A stretch of 63,713 nucleotides of DNA, filler included, from Kipferlia bialata (taxonomy: Eukaryota): assembly GCA_003568945.1 (NCBI GenBank). It is 3 parts of 3 records of this genome, joined end to end, with 100 filler letters (N's around TTAATTAATTAA, not from the genome) between each part and the next. Parts side by side here need not be neighbours in the genome. Positions count along the whole stretch, not along the records: positions 1 to 24,072 come from BDIP01000239.1; 2 more parts are not named here. One strand, 5' to 3'. This document shows positions 1 through 13,375 of this stretch, piece by piece. The notes beneath the pieces were generated by a model. That model made no database searches. It was not told the origin of the DNA and worked only from the letters and a program-made list of their open reading frames with translations. Made by a program: the position numbers and the translations under genes. Position 1 is the stretch's first letter, and the number at the start of each line of letters is the position of its first letter.

Positions 1-48
<48 letters not shown>

Positions 49-176
49 GAGAGAGTACCTTGGGTCCACGGCACTGTCCAGGGCCGTGTCCATATATCTG
101 AATATATGATACATACACTTTATATATACCAGTATCAGTATCATCACTGACATATACTCATTACTGATATATATAC

Positions 177-1239
177 CTTGGGTCCACCTCACTGTCCAGG
201 GCTGTGTCCTCTGCCATCTCATGCAGCATGGCATCTGGGGGTGAGGGTATAGAGGTACATACACAAGTATATCCATATACACAAGTATATACATATACAA
301 GTATATATATACACCTTCAGGAATGTATGGTTTGTAAGGTATATATGTCTTGCGTCAACTCATGCAGCATGGCATCTGGGGGTGGGGATAAATGTATATG
401 TATGTATATAATTGGATATTAATTTGTATATATACTCTACGCCTCATGCAGTGGCATCTGGGGTGAAGATAGATGGGTGTATACAGACAGATCTATAGGT
501 CCATATATATAGCCTGAACTTCGTGCAGCATGGCCCCTGGGGATGGATATATACATATGGGTGTAACAAATGTATATATATTACTGCAAATTCTACGTCA
601 AGATAGAAGGAGAGGGACACAATGTATCTCTATGGATGTGTGAGAGAGTATGATAGAGGTGTGTACCTGGTCCAAAGTGATCACACATGCCCCTCATGTA
701 CTCAAAGATGGGCCGGTGGTCACGGGCAAGGTCATGGAACTGAGGTTAGAATGGAGAGAGAGAGAGAGAAAAAGCAAGGGCAATGTCGTGGAACTGAGGG
801 GTAGGAACGATGGAGAGAGAGAGAGAAAGCACAGGAAAACTGCACCCAGGACTCATAGGTCACATGAGAGTAACTGCAGAGGGGATAGAGTGGAGAACAT
901 ATTGGAGAGTGGAGATCAGTGAGTGGACTGACACCTGCTTCCCCTCTGCCATCAGGCCATGTAGAATAGAGTATTGACTGACCACTATATATACATTCTG
1001 GTGACTAATAGTACCAATATGGTACCGATATGATAACGTATGTCTCCCTGCCTCCCCTCTGCCCCCATCAGGCCATGTAAGACACAGAATCATAGCTAAT
1101 CGATAGTATACCTATATATATACAATGCTTACTGATACCTGCCTCCCCTCTGCCCCCATGAGGCCATGGCCCATCAGCCACCGCTTGAAGGCAGCCCACC
1201 TAGGGGGTGAGAGACAGAGATGGATGGTGCATAAATACT

Positions 1240-1276
<37 letters not shown>

Positions 1277-2362
1277 CTTGAAGCAGTTCATGGGGATGAG
1301 AGGTACACAATGTCAAATGCTGGAAGATCAGAGAGAGAGAGAGAGCAGGGGATGGAGACGAAAGGGACAAAGAGAGAGGGAGAGAAAGAGGAATGTAGAC
1401 GAAAGGGACAGAGAGAGAGAGAGAGAACAAGGGATGTAGACGAAAGGGACAGAGAGAGAGGGAGATACATACCTCCCTGGCCCCTCTGGGTCGTATTCTG
1501 CCAGGAAGGATACGCTGGACAGCAGCATCTTGCGCCACATCTTGACCTTGCCGGTGTTGGCCTGGACCTAGGGTGGGAATAGAAATAGATAGCCACAGGT
1601 ATATATCAGAATACACATAGACAGAAGCTGTATATAGATGTATATCAATCTATATACAGGAGTATAGTGTGAAGCTATGTGTATATACAGAGGAACAGAG
1701 TAGATAGTCGCACCCCAATCTAGAAACGTATGGAGAGTTACAAACACAAGATATAGACATGTCATATGTGTGCATATGAACCCGCACCTCCTCACTCTTG
1801 GGCAGCGATGGCTGGCCCTGCTTGAGCCCCAGCTCATTGGACAAGGGCCTGGGCAGGTAGGGGACCCGGAGGCCAAGGGCACTCACTCTGTCCTGGGATG
1901 TGAGTCAATAAACAATGAGTCATACGCACAAAATTCACACATACATACACATCATGATGATCCAACCTGTGTCAGGGGGTGCGTGGCCACTGCCATGGCG
2001 TAGTGCGCCCCTAGGCTCCCTCCCCAGAAGCAGAAGGGTACATCCACCCCCTCTGCCTCTAGGACAGGTAGGAGGTCAGTCTCGGGCCAGTCAGCCACGC
2101 AGTGCCCGAACTGGGGGCTGGAGTGGCCGAGGGAGGGGAAGGATATGGTGATGTAGCGTATGTTGAGCCTCTCCAATGCCTCAGTATGACTGGACAGAGT
2201 AGGCATCAGACACCCGGCCACATAGGCACTCACAAGCACAGTGGCATCGGGCAAGGTGCTGCCACACACAGAGTACTCCACAACACGCCCATCGGCTACA
2301 ACCACGTACTGTCCCCCGCCCTCCTCGATGGCGGCTATCCTGGCGTCGTGGGAGAGGTTCAT
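177..2362 (-). CDS. Alpha/beta-fold hydrolase, at least 6 exons; 3' end runs off the window
   Basis: Exon 1 contains DGRVVEYSVCG, ISFPSLGHS and the nucleophile elbow GGSLG (GxSxG). Later exons join in frame through GT..YAG introns (DRVSALGLRVPY, VQANTGKVKMW, WAAFKRW, FHDLARDH, DAMLHEM). Confidence 0.75.
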
Positions 2363-2502
2363 TGTATGTGATATGGAGACAATACTCTATCGGTGTTCAG
2401 AACCCTACACCCTTTTATGTTTTTTGACGTGAAACCAAATCAAGATTGTCAGATCAAAGATTCGCGTACCCTGCTGTTTCTAACCACGGACCCTCTCTTT
2501 CC

Positions 2503-5500
2503 CATGCCCTATTGGACAACGTCATCACTGGATCATCCAGTTACTCCAGTTCTCACACTGTAGAGGTCCGGATTCCTTTCCCAATAGGAAGCTCCCATGC
2601 ATCATCCATATTGATGCCCTCACTGTAGTATGGTCAGTCTCCTGGGTCTGTATGGTATACGTCAATCACCCTCTCTCTAGGGTCTGTCTTAGAGCCTACG
2701 GTACTGGCTGTGCATGATGGGGCACCCGCGATGGTACACACAGCCCCAGATGTTGGAGAGGTGCGTCTATACCTATATCTAGTGTATGCTAGCCACTCTG
2801 GACAGCCCTTAGTACTCTGTAGATACACTGTAGTATTGGACACCCCACTCATATTGTACCTACCCACAGGCACTTCGACCTCATCAAGTATGCCCTGCTT
2901 GCATACATTGTCAGTGTCACAGTGCTAGTGCTCCAGACACTCCTCTCCCTTGTAGGTTATAGCCCGAACTGGCACCCTGTGACTAACCTGCTACTTAGGG
3001 TGGGTCTCTTCTGGCTACCAGCGTATGAGGCATACTTTGCTGGTGCCTTACTGTCCCTAGTCATGACAGAGTCTACCAAGAGGTGTCAGAGCAGGGTGGA
3101 GTATTCCCCCACTGAGCTGCCAGTCTCTAGGGACGCTGGGTCTCCGCAGCTCAGTGAGTCTAGTTATGACCTGGGGAACGTGGAGCGGTAAGTATGCAGC
3201 ACTGTCTCATGGTCATAGTGTATGGAAATCTCCTCATCCTTCAGACATATCATGAGTCTACCCATTGAGGGGTATGGACTCATGGTACTCTCTCTGTTAA
3301 TCAGAGACATCACCATGTTAGTATGCGGTCAGTCCACCCCAGCTTGGGTATTCAGTATCTTCACCACTACTGCACTCGCTGGACTCTCTGCCTCCACTGT
3401 ATACATGATGTATGTCATGATGACCATGCAACTGGGGGATGTGGCTATAGCAAACACAGTCTTCGACGCCCTTCTTCACAGTGGGTGTGAGAACAAGCAC
3501 ATGTGCCGCTGCCTTGTCAGGCCGGCATTCCAGGTACATTCACTGCGAGTATGTATATATGTGTGTATTTCTAACCTAGACATATTGCTCCTAGATGTGT
3601 TTATCACCATAATCCAGGTCTGGAGCATCCTTTCTCTCATGGCCACTCTAAGTGTCACCCTACCATGGTGCCTGAGGGGTATAGACCCTATGCGAGATAG
3701 CATGGCCCCCCAGACTGCCTCTCTCCCCCTCCACATCCTCTATGTGTTTGTTGCCCTGTTCCTCCCCTGCATGCCAGACCCTTTAGTACATGGCCTGTGT
3801 CTGTGGGTGGCATCGCCAGAGGGGGCAGCGACAGTGGCCAAAGAGGTTAGAGAATGTATCGTGTAGCAGAGTGTAGTTATGTATGCTACTTTGACTCACC
3901 CACCCAGGTCTGCCCCTCCTACTCAGGTGCCGCCTCCCGTCTCCATGCGTACCTTAGATGGGTATTGGTAGATGCAGACTTTGACAAGAGACCCCCAGTC
4001 CCTGTGGCAGAGGTCAGTATCACATTGCTTAGTGTTAGTTTAGCTTACGCTCATTATGTTACTAAATCTATCTCTCAAGGTGACAGTCTCACCCCAGATA
4101 TTCGACCTGATGGTGGGCGAGGAGGGTGCCTCTTTGGAGTCATATCGGATACACAGGAGGCGGCACCTGTCCATATGTATGTGTACTGCTATAGCAAGAT
4201 ATATGTACCGGTACTGACACCTTAGGCATGTTCCCAAGTATGGGTGCTCCTGTTGTGTCAGCTGGTGGGCTCACATTAATCACCATAGCACTAAAGCTCC
4301 CCAAGCGATACAGAGACAGACTGTTTCAGCACCTAGTGTCACGAGAGAGGTCTCTACGGCTCAGGTCAGTGAGTAGAGTACATAATGTGATTCCGCTGTT
4401 CATACTTGTAACTGTAGAAAGTGGCTCCGACAGACTCGTTTCGTCGCCCCCTACTCATCCGCCCTCCATCCACCTCTGGACGCGCTGTCCCTCAATGACA
4501 CTGGTCTAGCAGTCCATAGCGGGTACAAGCTGATGCAGAAACTACTCGATGACATGCTGCATGAGGTTTCTGTGTCACACTTCCACACGGCAGTCAAGCT
4601 ATGCGCCTTTCACCTTGGGACAGGATTGGTACTCTCACATACTACGTACAGACAGCCATGCACACCGGCAGAGGTAGAGGACACCAGGTGGCTTCCCATT
4701 GCCATGACCAGTAGACTGGAGGCGGTCACATACCCACCAATGCCGGTACCTATACCTCCACCAATGAGGAAGACCTTGATGTTCCCACCTGTAGCTGCCC
4801 CTCCGATGGGAGCCCTGGCTAGATGTCTGCAGGTAAGACATAAACGACATGGACTGAAGGAATTATTGAAGTATACTATGTAATGCTACCATAACTGACA
4901 CAGGCTCCGTTTCTCACGTTCAACCAGGAGAAGTACTCCCTAGTTACTCTGCAGTGGTTCAGAACCCATCAGATGCCTCTCAATGTATGTGACTCCTAGA
5001 AAGAACTCGTGATGTATCCTGTAGTAGACACGTCTTCACTCACGACTCTTTAGCATGTGTATCTCTTCCATATCCCCGACAACAGTCTAAAACAGCCTGG
5101 AACACTGGTCTATCAACAATGACCACAGACACAGCCAGACACACAGCTAGGTGCGGTATTCTCCCCAACTGTCTGATTAGTCTATCGACAGCAGAAATCT
5201 GTATGTATTCAGTATCCGTAGTGTAGTATCATACGACGTCTGTACTATTAGAGATCTGACCAAGCTTTGTGGAGAATATGCATCGAAAGGACATCCGTGA
5301 CTCAGTGTATGCAGTGGGTCTAGCTAGTTTCAATAGTGACGCCAAGACAAAGGTGGGGTGTTTAACAACACTACTTCAATCTATCTGAATGGAGTCTCCA
5401 GTCTCCTCTTCGGGACCTCAGGAACGGGTTTGGATATGAGCCACTATTCCCACCCACGACTGGAGATATGTCCTTTTTGATGTTGGGTCTCTGTATTCTC

Positions 5501-7705
5501 CAGTATCAGACCTTCTTAGAATACAGGCTTAGTAAGCTTACTCACAATGCAGATTGTGACGCCTTACTCCTTCGGGCAATTTGTCGACTTAAGAGCCTCC
5601 GATGGAACACCATTACACACATATGGTGAGTGTAGTCGTGAATTCAGTTTTCTAGTCAGACTGATATTCGTGTTCATGATCATACCTGATCAGGCATCCT
5701 CACATCTAGGTTGTACCACCCTCTACAACTTCAGACTGCATCTTAAGGCCCTGGGATACACGTTCTCTAAGAGCATTGACCCGCACCGTTCATGCTACCA
5801 CTATTCTGACCGTAGTACTAGGAGTGGGGAAGAGAGTAGTGACTCTGGCAGCCTAGTCAAGTACATTGTACAGGACACAGACCCTCTTAGTATTACACCT
5901 GACGTCCTGTTGCCATCGGAAACGGACCTGTCTTCTCCATCCAACACAGTGCCATCCTTGCCGCATTCTCTGTTTGTGAACCCCATTCGCATATGTAGCA
6001 ACACCCAGAGAAAGGACTTTGTATACATCTACCAGACACTGTTAGCGTCCAGCAGCACTAGGTGGGGTGACATCTTTGTTATATGGTTCAACTACCTTAC
6101 TTGTGATGATCGTCCCCCTGTGACTACTATTATTTTGCACGTCCACTTCTGTTCTATATATAGCTATTTCTCAACTCATGCAACAGATGCTGTCTTGCAG
6201 TTGTATAGCTCAAGTAGTATGTCTATTTATCATAGACTTTTGTTATAGTATAGCAAGTATAACTCTCTCCTTCTCTATATAACACTCCCACCCCAGGCAC
6301 TCCATGCAGCAGATGCTGTCTGACGTCCAATACGACACCAGACTATTGATGCATGCCACACACGGATACGGACTCCCGGCTGCTGCAGTCTACCTATTCA
6401 TATGCTCGGGACTACAGGCCACAGGGGTGGCATTGCAGGTGGATACGCATTCATACATCACCAATGCCTAGTGGGTACTCCTCACTCCATTAACCTCTAG
6501 GCATATCTGACATACACCCTATCCCTGGAGGGTATGTACCGTAACAGCCGTCGTCCCTTGTCGTCACAGCACTGTCTAGATACACTGTCCCTGGCCTACC
6601 ACCTAGCACACTCCGTGTCATCAAGCGCTCAGGGTGGTATGTATATGAATAACCACCAGGTGGGTATAAGTCCAACATGTTAGGAAGTCTGAACTGGGTT
6701 AGAAACCTTTGCAGGTTGATTCTCAAGAGTCAGGTTCTAACGCTGCAGTTACTTTACATATTCGTGGCCTGTGTGGCGCTCGGCCTCGAGACTAGTACCG
6801 GTACATATGACGGCAGGGTGTCCACACCCTCATGTCTACACAGGGGAGAGGCGCAATTGAGCCACGCAGCAGGGTGGGTATACTTCTACTCGATACGTCA
6901 TCCTAATGAAACTGTTGTTTGAGTTGACGTTCTCAGAACGTTACTCTCACATGCAGGCTCGCATTGGTAGTGGCTAAGCAGTGTGGTGTGCTCGAATACT
7001 TGCCCCTGGGGTCAAAGGATATCATAAGGGATTTGGTCACAGCTTCGTCCGGTAGAGGTGTCTGTGGCCTTGCAATTGAGGTATGGGTGGTATTTGTGTT
7101 AGCGGTTAGGAAGACTCTTACGAGCAGGTCCAAGCCATGTGTCTATGGTTCGAAAGTCTTTCTGAAGACGATAGGGCAGAAGTGCTGTTTGGAGCGCCTG
7201 AGGTGAGAAGAAGTTGTGTCTATACCTCTTTAGCAGTAAGTGTAACTCTATGACACTCTCTTCAGCGATGGCTGTCCTACTTTACCCTATCAGGTTGAAT
7301 CCACGCTCCCCTCGTGTATATCGTTCCCATACAGTGTGCTGTCCCGGGTCCAGACGGTGCTGAAGAGGGCTATCATGGCTATGGCAGTTAGTGTGCACTG
7401 TGGATCACACAGAGAGGTCCTAGGGTACGTTCTGTAATCATGTACAGATCAATTCTCCTACAAAACAGGTCAGTTAATAGCTGGTCATAGTTATCAATAC
7501 TCTAGGAATATAGGTTTCCCTGACACATAGCTGGATCGAGAGTGAGAAACAAGCGAACGAAGTACACAACCATGCCTACGGAACAGGCATAGAGTGGTTA
7601 GAGTGTGGTGGGTCATGCCGACACACATACACCGCAGCTAGATACAACCCCCTAAAGATACAACTGGCGAGACTGGCAAGGATTCTCAACCTAAAGAACC
7701 TGGTA
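2503..7705 (+). CDS. Multi-exon membrane protein with a highly degenerate C-terminal class I PDE-like domain; boundaries approximate
   Basis: N-terminal exons at 2900-3800 are hydrophobic. Exon 6501-6659 (AYLTYTLSLEGMYRNSRRPLSSQHCLDTLSLAYHL) aligns with the PDE segment TY..TLE..Y....YHN..HAADV.Q. The later IIRDLVTASS matches the 'idlvlaTD' helix. Confidence 0.45.
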
Positions 7706-7932
7706 ACATTGCTGGAGAGCTTAGAATAGAGTATCACACTGCGAATGATTCACACTGTGAATTTCACAGTCAGTCTATGACTCATGAATAGTATATGATA
7801 TGTTCACTGTCCTGATGTCTAAGTCATACTGTCTTCTGCTACATACTCATTTGCAACTAGGAAGGCTCTCTGTCCTCCATACTAATGCAGACTTCGATGG
7901 AATGCCAACAACCTCTATCATCGATACTTAGC

Positions 7933-8819
7933 TCAGAGACTTGTAATAACCTCCTCCAATGAGTGTATCACCCTTTCCCTATCTGCATCTGCGTCTCTAC
8001 CGTCTCTCCTCTGCCACATGTACGGCATGCCACATGAAATAGCACCCTGGACGTCTGACTTGTAGCTGTCACCTACCATGAGGGTATTGGCAGGTGTCAC
8101 TCCTAACCGGTCACAGCACATTTGGAGGATAGCAGGGTCTGGCTTACGCAGCCCACACTCACATGAAAACACACACACGTCTACAACCTCTGATATACCC
8201 AGTGTGTGACATGGTGTTATGTAGGGAGTGGCTACATTAGACACCACACCCACCCTGATACCTTTCTCTCTCAGGGTGGATATAGTGGAGAGTGCATCTG
8301 GGTAGAGGGAGAGGCTGGATAGGTTGTTGCAGAGCCTCTCTTCCAGCTGGGCAGTCTCCACATCGCCGAGACCAATCTATCAGTCAGAGAGAGACACCTG
8401 TCATGTAATCTGTTGCACTCTGAAAGCGCTGAAGTGACCCATACAGATATGGGAGGAAGCTGAATACACACAACGAATATAGAGGACATTGTGTATACAT
8501 TCGCAATTCATTTTATGCTGCTGCTACATTGAGTAGTGTGTGTAAGTGGGGGGGGGGATAGATATATGTGTCATACACTGGGATTGAGAGGATAGAACAG
8601 TCAACATAGTGATACATATACAGATACAGCCATTACCTTAGTTGCATACTCTGCGAGAGTGTCTGTACGCTGTGTGAGTGCCATGTCTATGCACTCAGCC
8701 CTATCCATGTCAGCTCTATCCATGCCAGCCAGTGTCAGGTATGGGTCTACACTCAGTGTGGACCTGTCTATCAGAGTGCCGTACAGGTCAAACAGAACTG
8801 CCTCAATAGGCCTAGTCAT
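7933..8819 (-). CDS. HAD-superfamily hydrolase (subfamily IA); exons 8819-8637 and 8376-7933
   Basis: Motif I VLFDLYGTL, motif II VVSN, motif III KPDP and motif IV MVGDSYKSDVQGA. One GT..TAG intron joins YATK|IGLG in frame. Confidence 0.88.
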
Positions 8820-8940
8820 TGCGGGTAGAAAGAGAACATCAGTGAAGACTATTGTTGAACCCTTATTCTCATCCTTACGTCTATTTCTTGACACAGCCTG
8901 TGTCACACAGTTTTGACGCAGTAGTGTGGGTATCATAGTT

Positions 8941-10204
8941 TTAGCGAGTGTCCCCAGTGTTGTCAGGAATACCCACTTCACCCGGTGTTACAACCCCCCA
9001 TATGTGTGGATACACCATATATTGGTCCAAGTGGGTTAGAGTGCCGGGGCCTGACTCAAAGGCCAGAGCAGGGAGGAATACCCCATAACTCAGGTTAAAG
9101 GGATAATTGTCTGGGAGGGAACGCCTCACCATCATCTCTCCGGATATTGTATCGTACAGCGTGTACCCGAGAGATATGTAGAATGAACCCGTGGCTGCTG
9201 GAGCAACCATGGACTTGTGGATTAAGAGGAATCGACCGAGAGCAACCAGATAGAGTGGAATCCCACCCTCTAGGAATGAGTATGTCTCTGGTGTCTGTGT
9301 CCATCCAGTGTCCCTATTGAAACTGACAATGCGACCATCACTGACACCATACACCCTGCCACCTATAGCAGGGAGACCAAGGGGGGTCCTAGGGAGTGTG
9401 GGAACTGGAATACTCAGCTTGATCCACCCTTATGTCTCTCTCCCCGGATCAAACACCCACAGCTCTGATATAACCTCATCAAGCCAACGACGAGGCCCTC
9501 TATGAGGGTGGTACTGCACTACCATGTATAACAACCCATCTAGGGTGAAAGACTGGTACTTAGAAGTGCTCTTGGAGGGGGGCAGAGGAACTGACAACTG
9601 CCTTGGGGCGTACTGTACGCCGCGTACACTGTAGCATCCAGGTCCAGTGCCCAGAAGGAATTGTCCCCATAGCCGTATAGTACGCTCCCTACATGGAACA
9701 GGTTCTGCCAGTGATTGTCTGACAGTATTAGAAGGAGAAGTATATGTATACTATACATACATGAATACATTGATACATGTATCACATATATCACATGCGG
9801 TACATGTGTATATGTGTATATGGACCACAGGCAAACAGAGACAATACGTAAGGGGCGGGTCACCCGACATTCACACATATATATATGAATGTGCATATAC
9901 ATATGTGTCTGAGTGTACTACCTGCCAGGTACTCATCTTGATGTACAGTGCCAATATCTGATGTAGAAAGAATTCTTGTGGAAACTGGAACACTAGGCTA
10001 TATATATCATACACATATACCTGCCAATAGCAGCTCCTGACGCACAGCGCCATCCTCTAGCAACTGATGTATCCAGAGACTCCTACTCCTGTGGGAGTCG
10101 GTAGCCAGGAGTACGGAGTTGTGACCGATATGGCCCAGGTATTCCAAGTCTTCCCTAGTGGTATTGGTGGCGCTGTGCCCACAGAACACAGAAGGCAGGG
10201 TCAT
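8941..10204 (-). CDS. Hypothetical multi-exon protein, possibly kelch/beta-propeller-like
   Basis: Spliced segments with beta-strand-rich motifs (VGSVLYGYG, ELWVFDP, GGRVYGV...SFNRDTGW). Confidence 0.4.
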
Positions 10205-10490
10205 GCTATCTCTCTACAGTTAGCGACAAGACACAAGTAACAAAGAGCAGGCAATACTCAATCATCAAAGAGGAAGAAATGGGTATGGTCGAGAGTGGTG
10301 GGGGTGTAAGGGTGATAATGGAATGGGGTGTATGGGGAAGAGGAGGGGGCGTGGCACCAGAGCAAACAGGATGGTTGGATGGCTGGGTGAATGTGTATAC
10401 TAGGCCTAGCAGTATCTTCTCTAAACCACACACCTTGGAAATATTCTCCAACGTATGCAGCTCCCTTCAGAGTATGAATGTGTTCCACGG

Positions 10491-10604
10491 ACAGGTTAAC
10501 TAGGGATACAGGGTGAAAAAGAGCAAGGTGCAATTTGTGACCGTACAACAGGTTAACTAGGGATACAGGGTGAATAAGAGCAAGGTACAATTTGTGACCG
10601 TACA
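10491..10604. repeat. Tandem direct repeat, 2 x 57 bp
   Basis: ACAGGTTAACTAGGGATACAGGGTGAA(A/T)AAGAGCAAGGT(G/A)CAATTTGTGACCGTACA at 10491-10547 and 10548-10604, with 2 mismatches. Confidence 0.95.
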
Positions 10605-10772
10605 ACCAACTGCCACCGATCTGTGTTTGTCAATAAGGGGTTAGACAGTTCGCTGCGAAGTAGCCTCTCTTCTGAGAGTGCATGGGAAAAGCAGGGTAAG
10701 AGAGTGCATTGAATGTCGAGTGAGTAACTGTACAATATTGAGACAGTGATATGTCTCCGGGCAATTCACCAG

Positions 10773-11605
10773 TCAGGAAATATTCTCATGTATGGTACTG
10801 TGTATAGTTATAGTGTGTATATAGTGAGTCTCTGCCTCTCTCTTCCTCCCCCACCCCTCATCCCCACCCCCAGTGCTTCCCCTCTGGGCAAGGTGCTGCG
10901 TGACTTAGTGCATATCTTTCTCTCTCTCTCTCTCTCTCTCCCCCCCCCCTTCTTCCCCCCCCCCCCCCCCCCCCCCCTTTCTCTTTTCCCCCCCCCCCCT
11001 TTCTCACCCAGGTGGTGCCCCAGCCGACTTTGCATTTGTGGTTGTCTTCCAGTACCTGGGTCTCTTCTGCCTCAACCTCTGGCTCCAGATGCCCTTCCTC
11101 GGTCATGCCTTCTTATCTGCCTTAGTCTATGTATGGGCCAGACGGTACCCCGACGCCAACGTGTCCTTCTTCGGGCTTTTCAAGTTCCCAGCCCCCTTCC
11201 TCCCCTACGTCAATATCCTAGTGGCCATAGTGACAGGAGCCAGTGCAAAGGTACACACTATCTAGCTTCTAGAGCGTTCTCGTTAAGTATCCCACTAGAT
11301 GTTCACGCCAGGCCGACATATTCGCCATTCTTGTTGCCCACACGTACTACTATTTGGCTGACATCTACCCCCCCACCCACATGGGAAAGGAGCCTCTCAA
11401 GCAGCCCGTGCTGCTCTGGCGGCGTCTGGTGGCGCCTATCCTGCAGATGAGACAGTCACATGCACCCAGGAACAACCTAGGGGGTGCTGCCCAGAGCCAG
11501 GTCAAGGTCAAGGCAGAGAAGCCACGGTTCACAGGGAAGCCACGGAGTGTGAGTCCCACTAGACCCCCAAGGGGGGTGAGGGTGAAGAAGGAGAAGCAGC
11601 AGTAG
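10773..11605 (+). CDS. DER1: Derlin (Der1-like ERAD membrane protein); the middle part appears missing at a poly-C tract
   Basis: Exon 11012-11250 encodes GAPADFAFVVVF...FLGHAFLSALVYVWARRYPDANVSFFGLFKFPAPFLPY and exon 11312-11605 encodes DIFAILVAHTYYYLADIYP, both typical Derlin motifs. Putative 5' mini-exons at 10773-10794 and 10874-10892 give YVLPLWAR. Confidence 0.85.
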
Positions 11606-11980
11606 CACATAGAAACACACATTACTAGTATGGTATATTTCGGGTGGGTAAAGTGATGAATATTCTCTTTATTGATAGATAGAGCCATGGGAGTTCCCCT
11701 GGGTGACCCATAGTATATCCACTACTGACCTGGCCTCTCACTCACTGATACTTGCCGAAGAGATATACACAGATTTACTCGACACTAAGTAGTCTTCTTG
11801 ATACCACAGAGGATACTACGACGATAGACAGTTGCGTGGCCCCATATGTATTGAATGGTATGTATACTAGAAATAATGAAATGGGACGCGACAGACACTG
11901 TACGCAGGGTGTCGTCGTAGATTATGTAGAGAGAGATACTCGATCGTGGACTGTGTATGCAGAGGCATGACGGGTAGTGA

Positions 11981-13082
11981 TCACTCGATCTGGGGTGTGA
12001 ACAGCATCGACTTGACGGCATTGGGGTTCTTGCACAGCTTGTCGAAGTAGGACATTGTGAACTCATCGAGAGTGCCTGGGGGTGAGAGGGGAAGATACGT
12101 AATATATGACTATACTACGAGACACCCTCTACCTTCGTCGCTGGACAGTATCATCCTCGCCTCCATGTCTCTCTCGTATACGATCTGCGCCCGTTGCCTC
12201 TTCTCCCACACATCCTGGCCCAGTGCCGCCTCACACATGTGGAGGGCATCGTTGAGGGCCTTGCGCGGCAGAGCGGCACCCCACCTCTTGAGCCGGGTAA
12301 GAACGGCAGATCCTGGGTGAGAGGGGGGGGGGGAGGGGGGGAGAGAGAGAAATATAGAGAAAGTAGCACTGATATGATGGTAGGATCTGTCATAGTTTGC
12401 ACCACTTGGATGTTGCGTCAGTATCTCCTAGCAGCATACACCCACCTGCCCCTGCCATCTGGACATGCTTCTGGGCAGCCACCCCGGCACTAGGCTTGAC
12501 CAGGCCCACAGCCACCCCGGTCATCACAGTCAGGTGGGTCACAAACACACTCAGCAGACGCTCCATGGCCTGCAGGGTGAGGGGCAGCAGAGGGCGATAT
12601 AGGATATGTGTAGAATTGTACTTGGATTGGTTGTACATATGCATATATATATTAACCCACCTGGTTCTTGTCCTGGTTGACAGCCCTGGTAGCCAGACAG
12701 TTGTCAGCCACAGACTCCAGCACGAGGAAGAAGCAGAACCGACAGTCAGACGGCATCTAGGGTGAGGATGAATAGGGTAGTTCCATTAGGAGACAGAAGA
12801 GAGACAGAGACAGAGAGAGAGAGAGGGGGGGAGGTAGGGGGGGGGGGGCTTGACAAGAACTCATACTCTCTGCAGTAGCACTGGCTAGTGTCCCCCCACC
12901 TCAATGACCCCCTTGAAGAACTGGTATGCGTATGTCTCCACCATCTCGGGGGCATGCACTACAGCCTCCTTGAAGAGCTTCATCACGTCATACGTGATGT
13001 TGTTGGCGTCTGCACGAGGGTCTGCATTCTCGAGATAGTGCACGAATGTCTGTAGCTTCCCTAAGGACTCCAGAGCACCCAT
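11981..13082 (-). CDS. Hypothetical all-helical protein, 5 exons; weak CID/CTK3-like resemblance
   Basis: Exons splice in frame: MGALESLGKLQ...VIE|MPSDCRFCFFLVLESVAD...NQ|AMERLL...|GSAVLTRLKRW...DE|GTLDEFTMSYFDKL...QIE*. Confidence 0.6.
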
Positions 13083-13375
13083 ACAAGGAGATGTCCTGTC
13101 CCACTCTCAAGAGACAAGGAGACAACACCCCAAGACAGCGAGGGTGGCCAAGGGCGTCAAGAGGATGAGGGGGGAAGCAGCGGAAAGGCAGTGGATCAGA
13201 AGAGACGATATGGCTACTCCCTCAGTACTTGTCAGAGTCGAAAGAGAATGTGTGAAAGATCTGTACACGTACTGACGGAAGAGGGTCTATCCATTTTTGT
13301 TGCTCCGACCGACACCGATATATGATATATATCATATATCCAATCAAGGCTTCTTCTATACAGCCTATCCGGTGC

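Noticed and set aside
1350..1460. Three GATGTAGACGAAAGGGACAGAGAG units as a mobile element
   Set aside because: This is a short intronic minisatellite in a GA-rich tract with no terminal repeats or target-site duplication.
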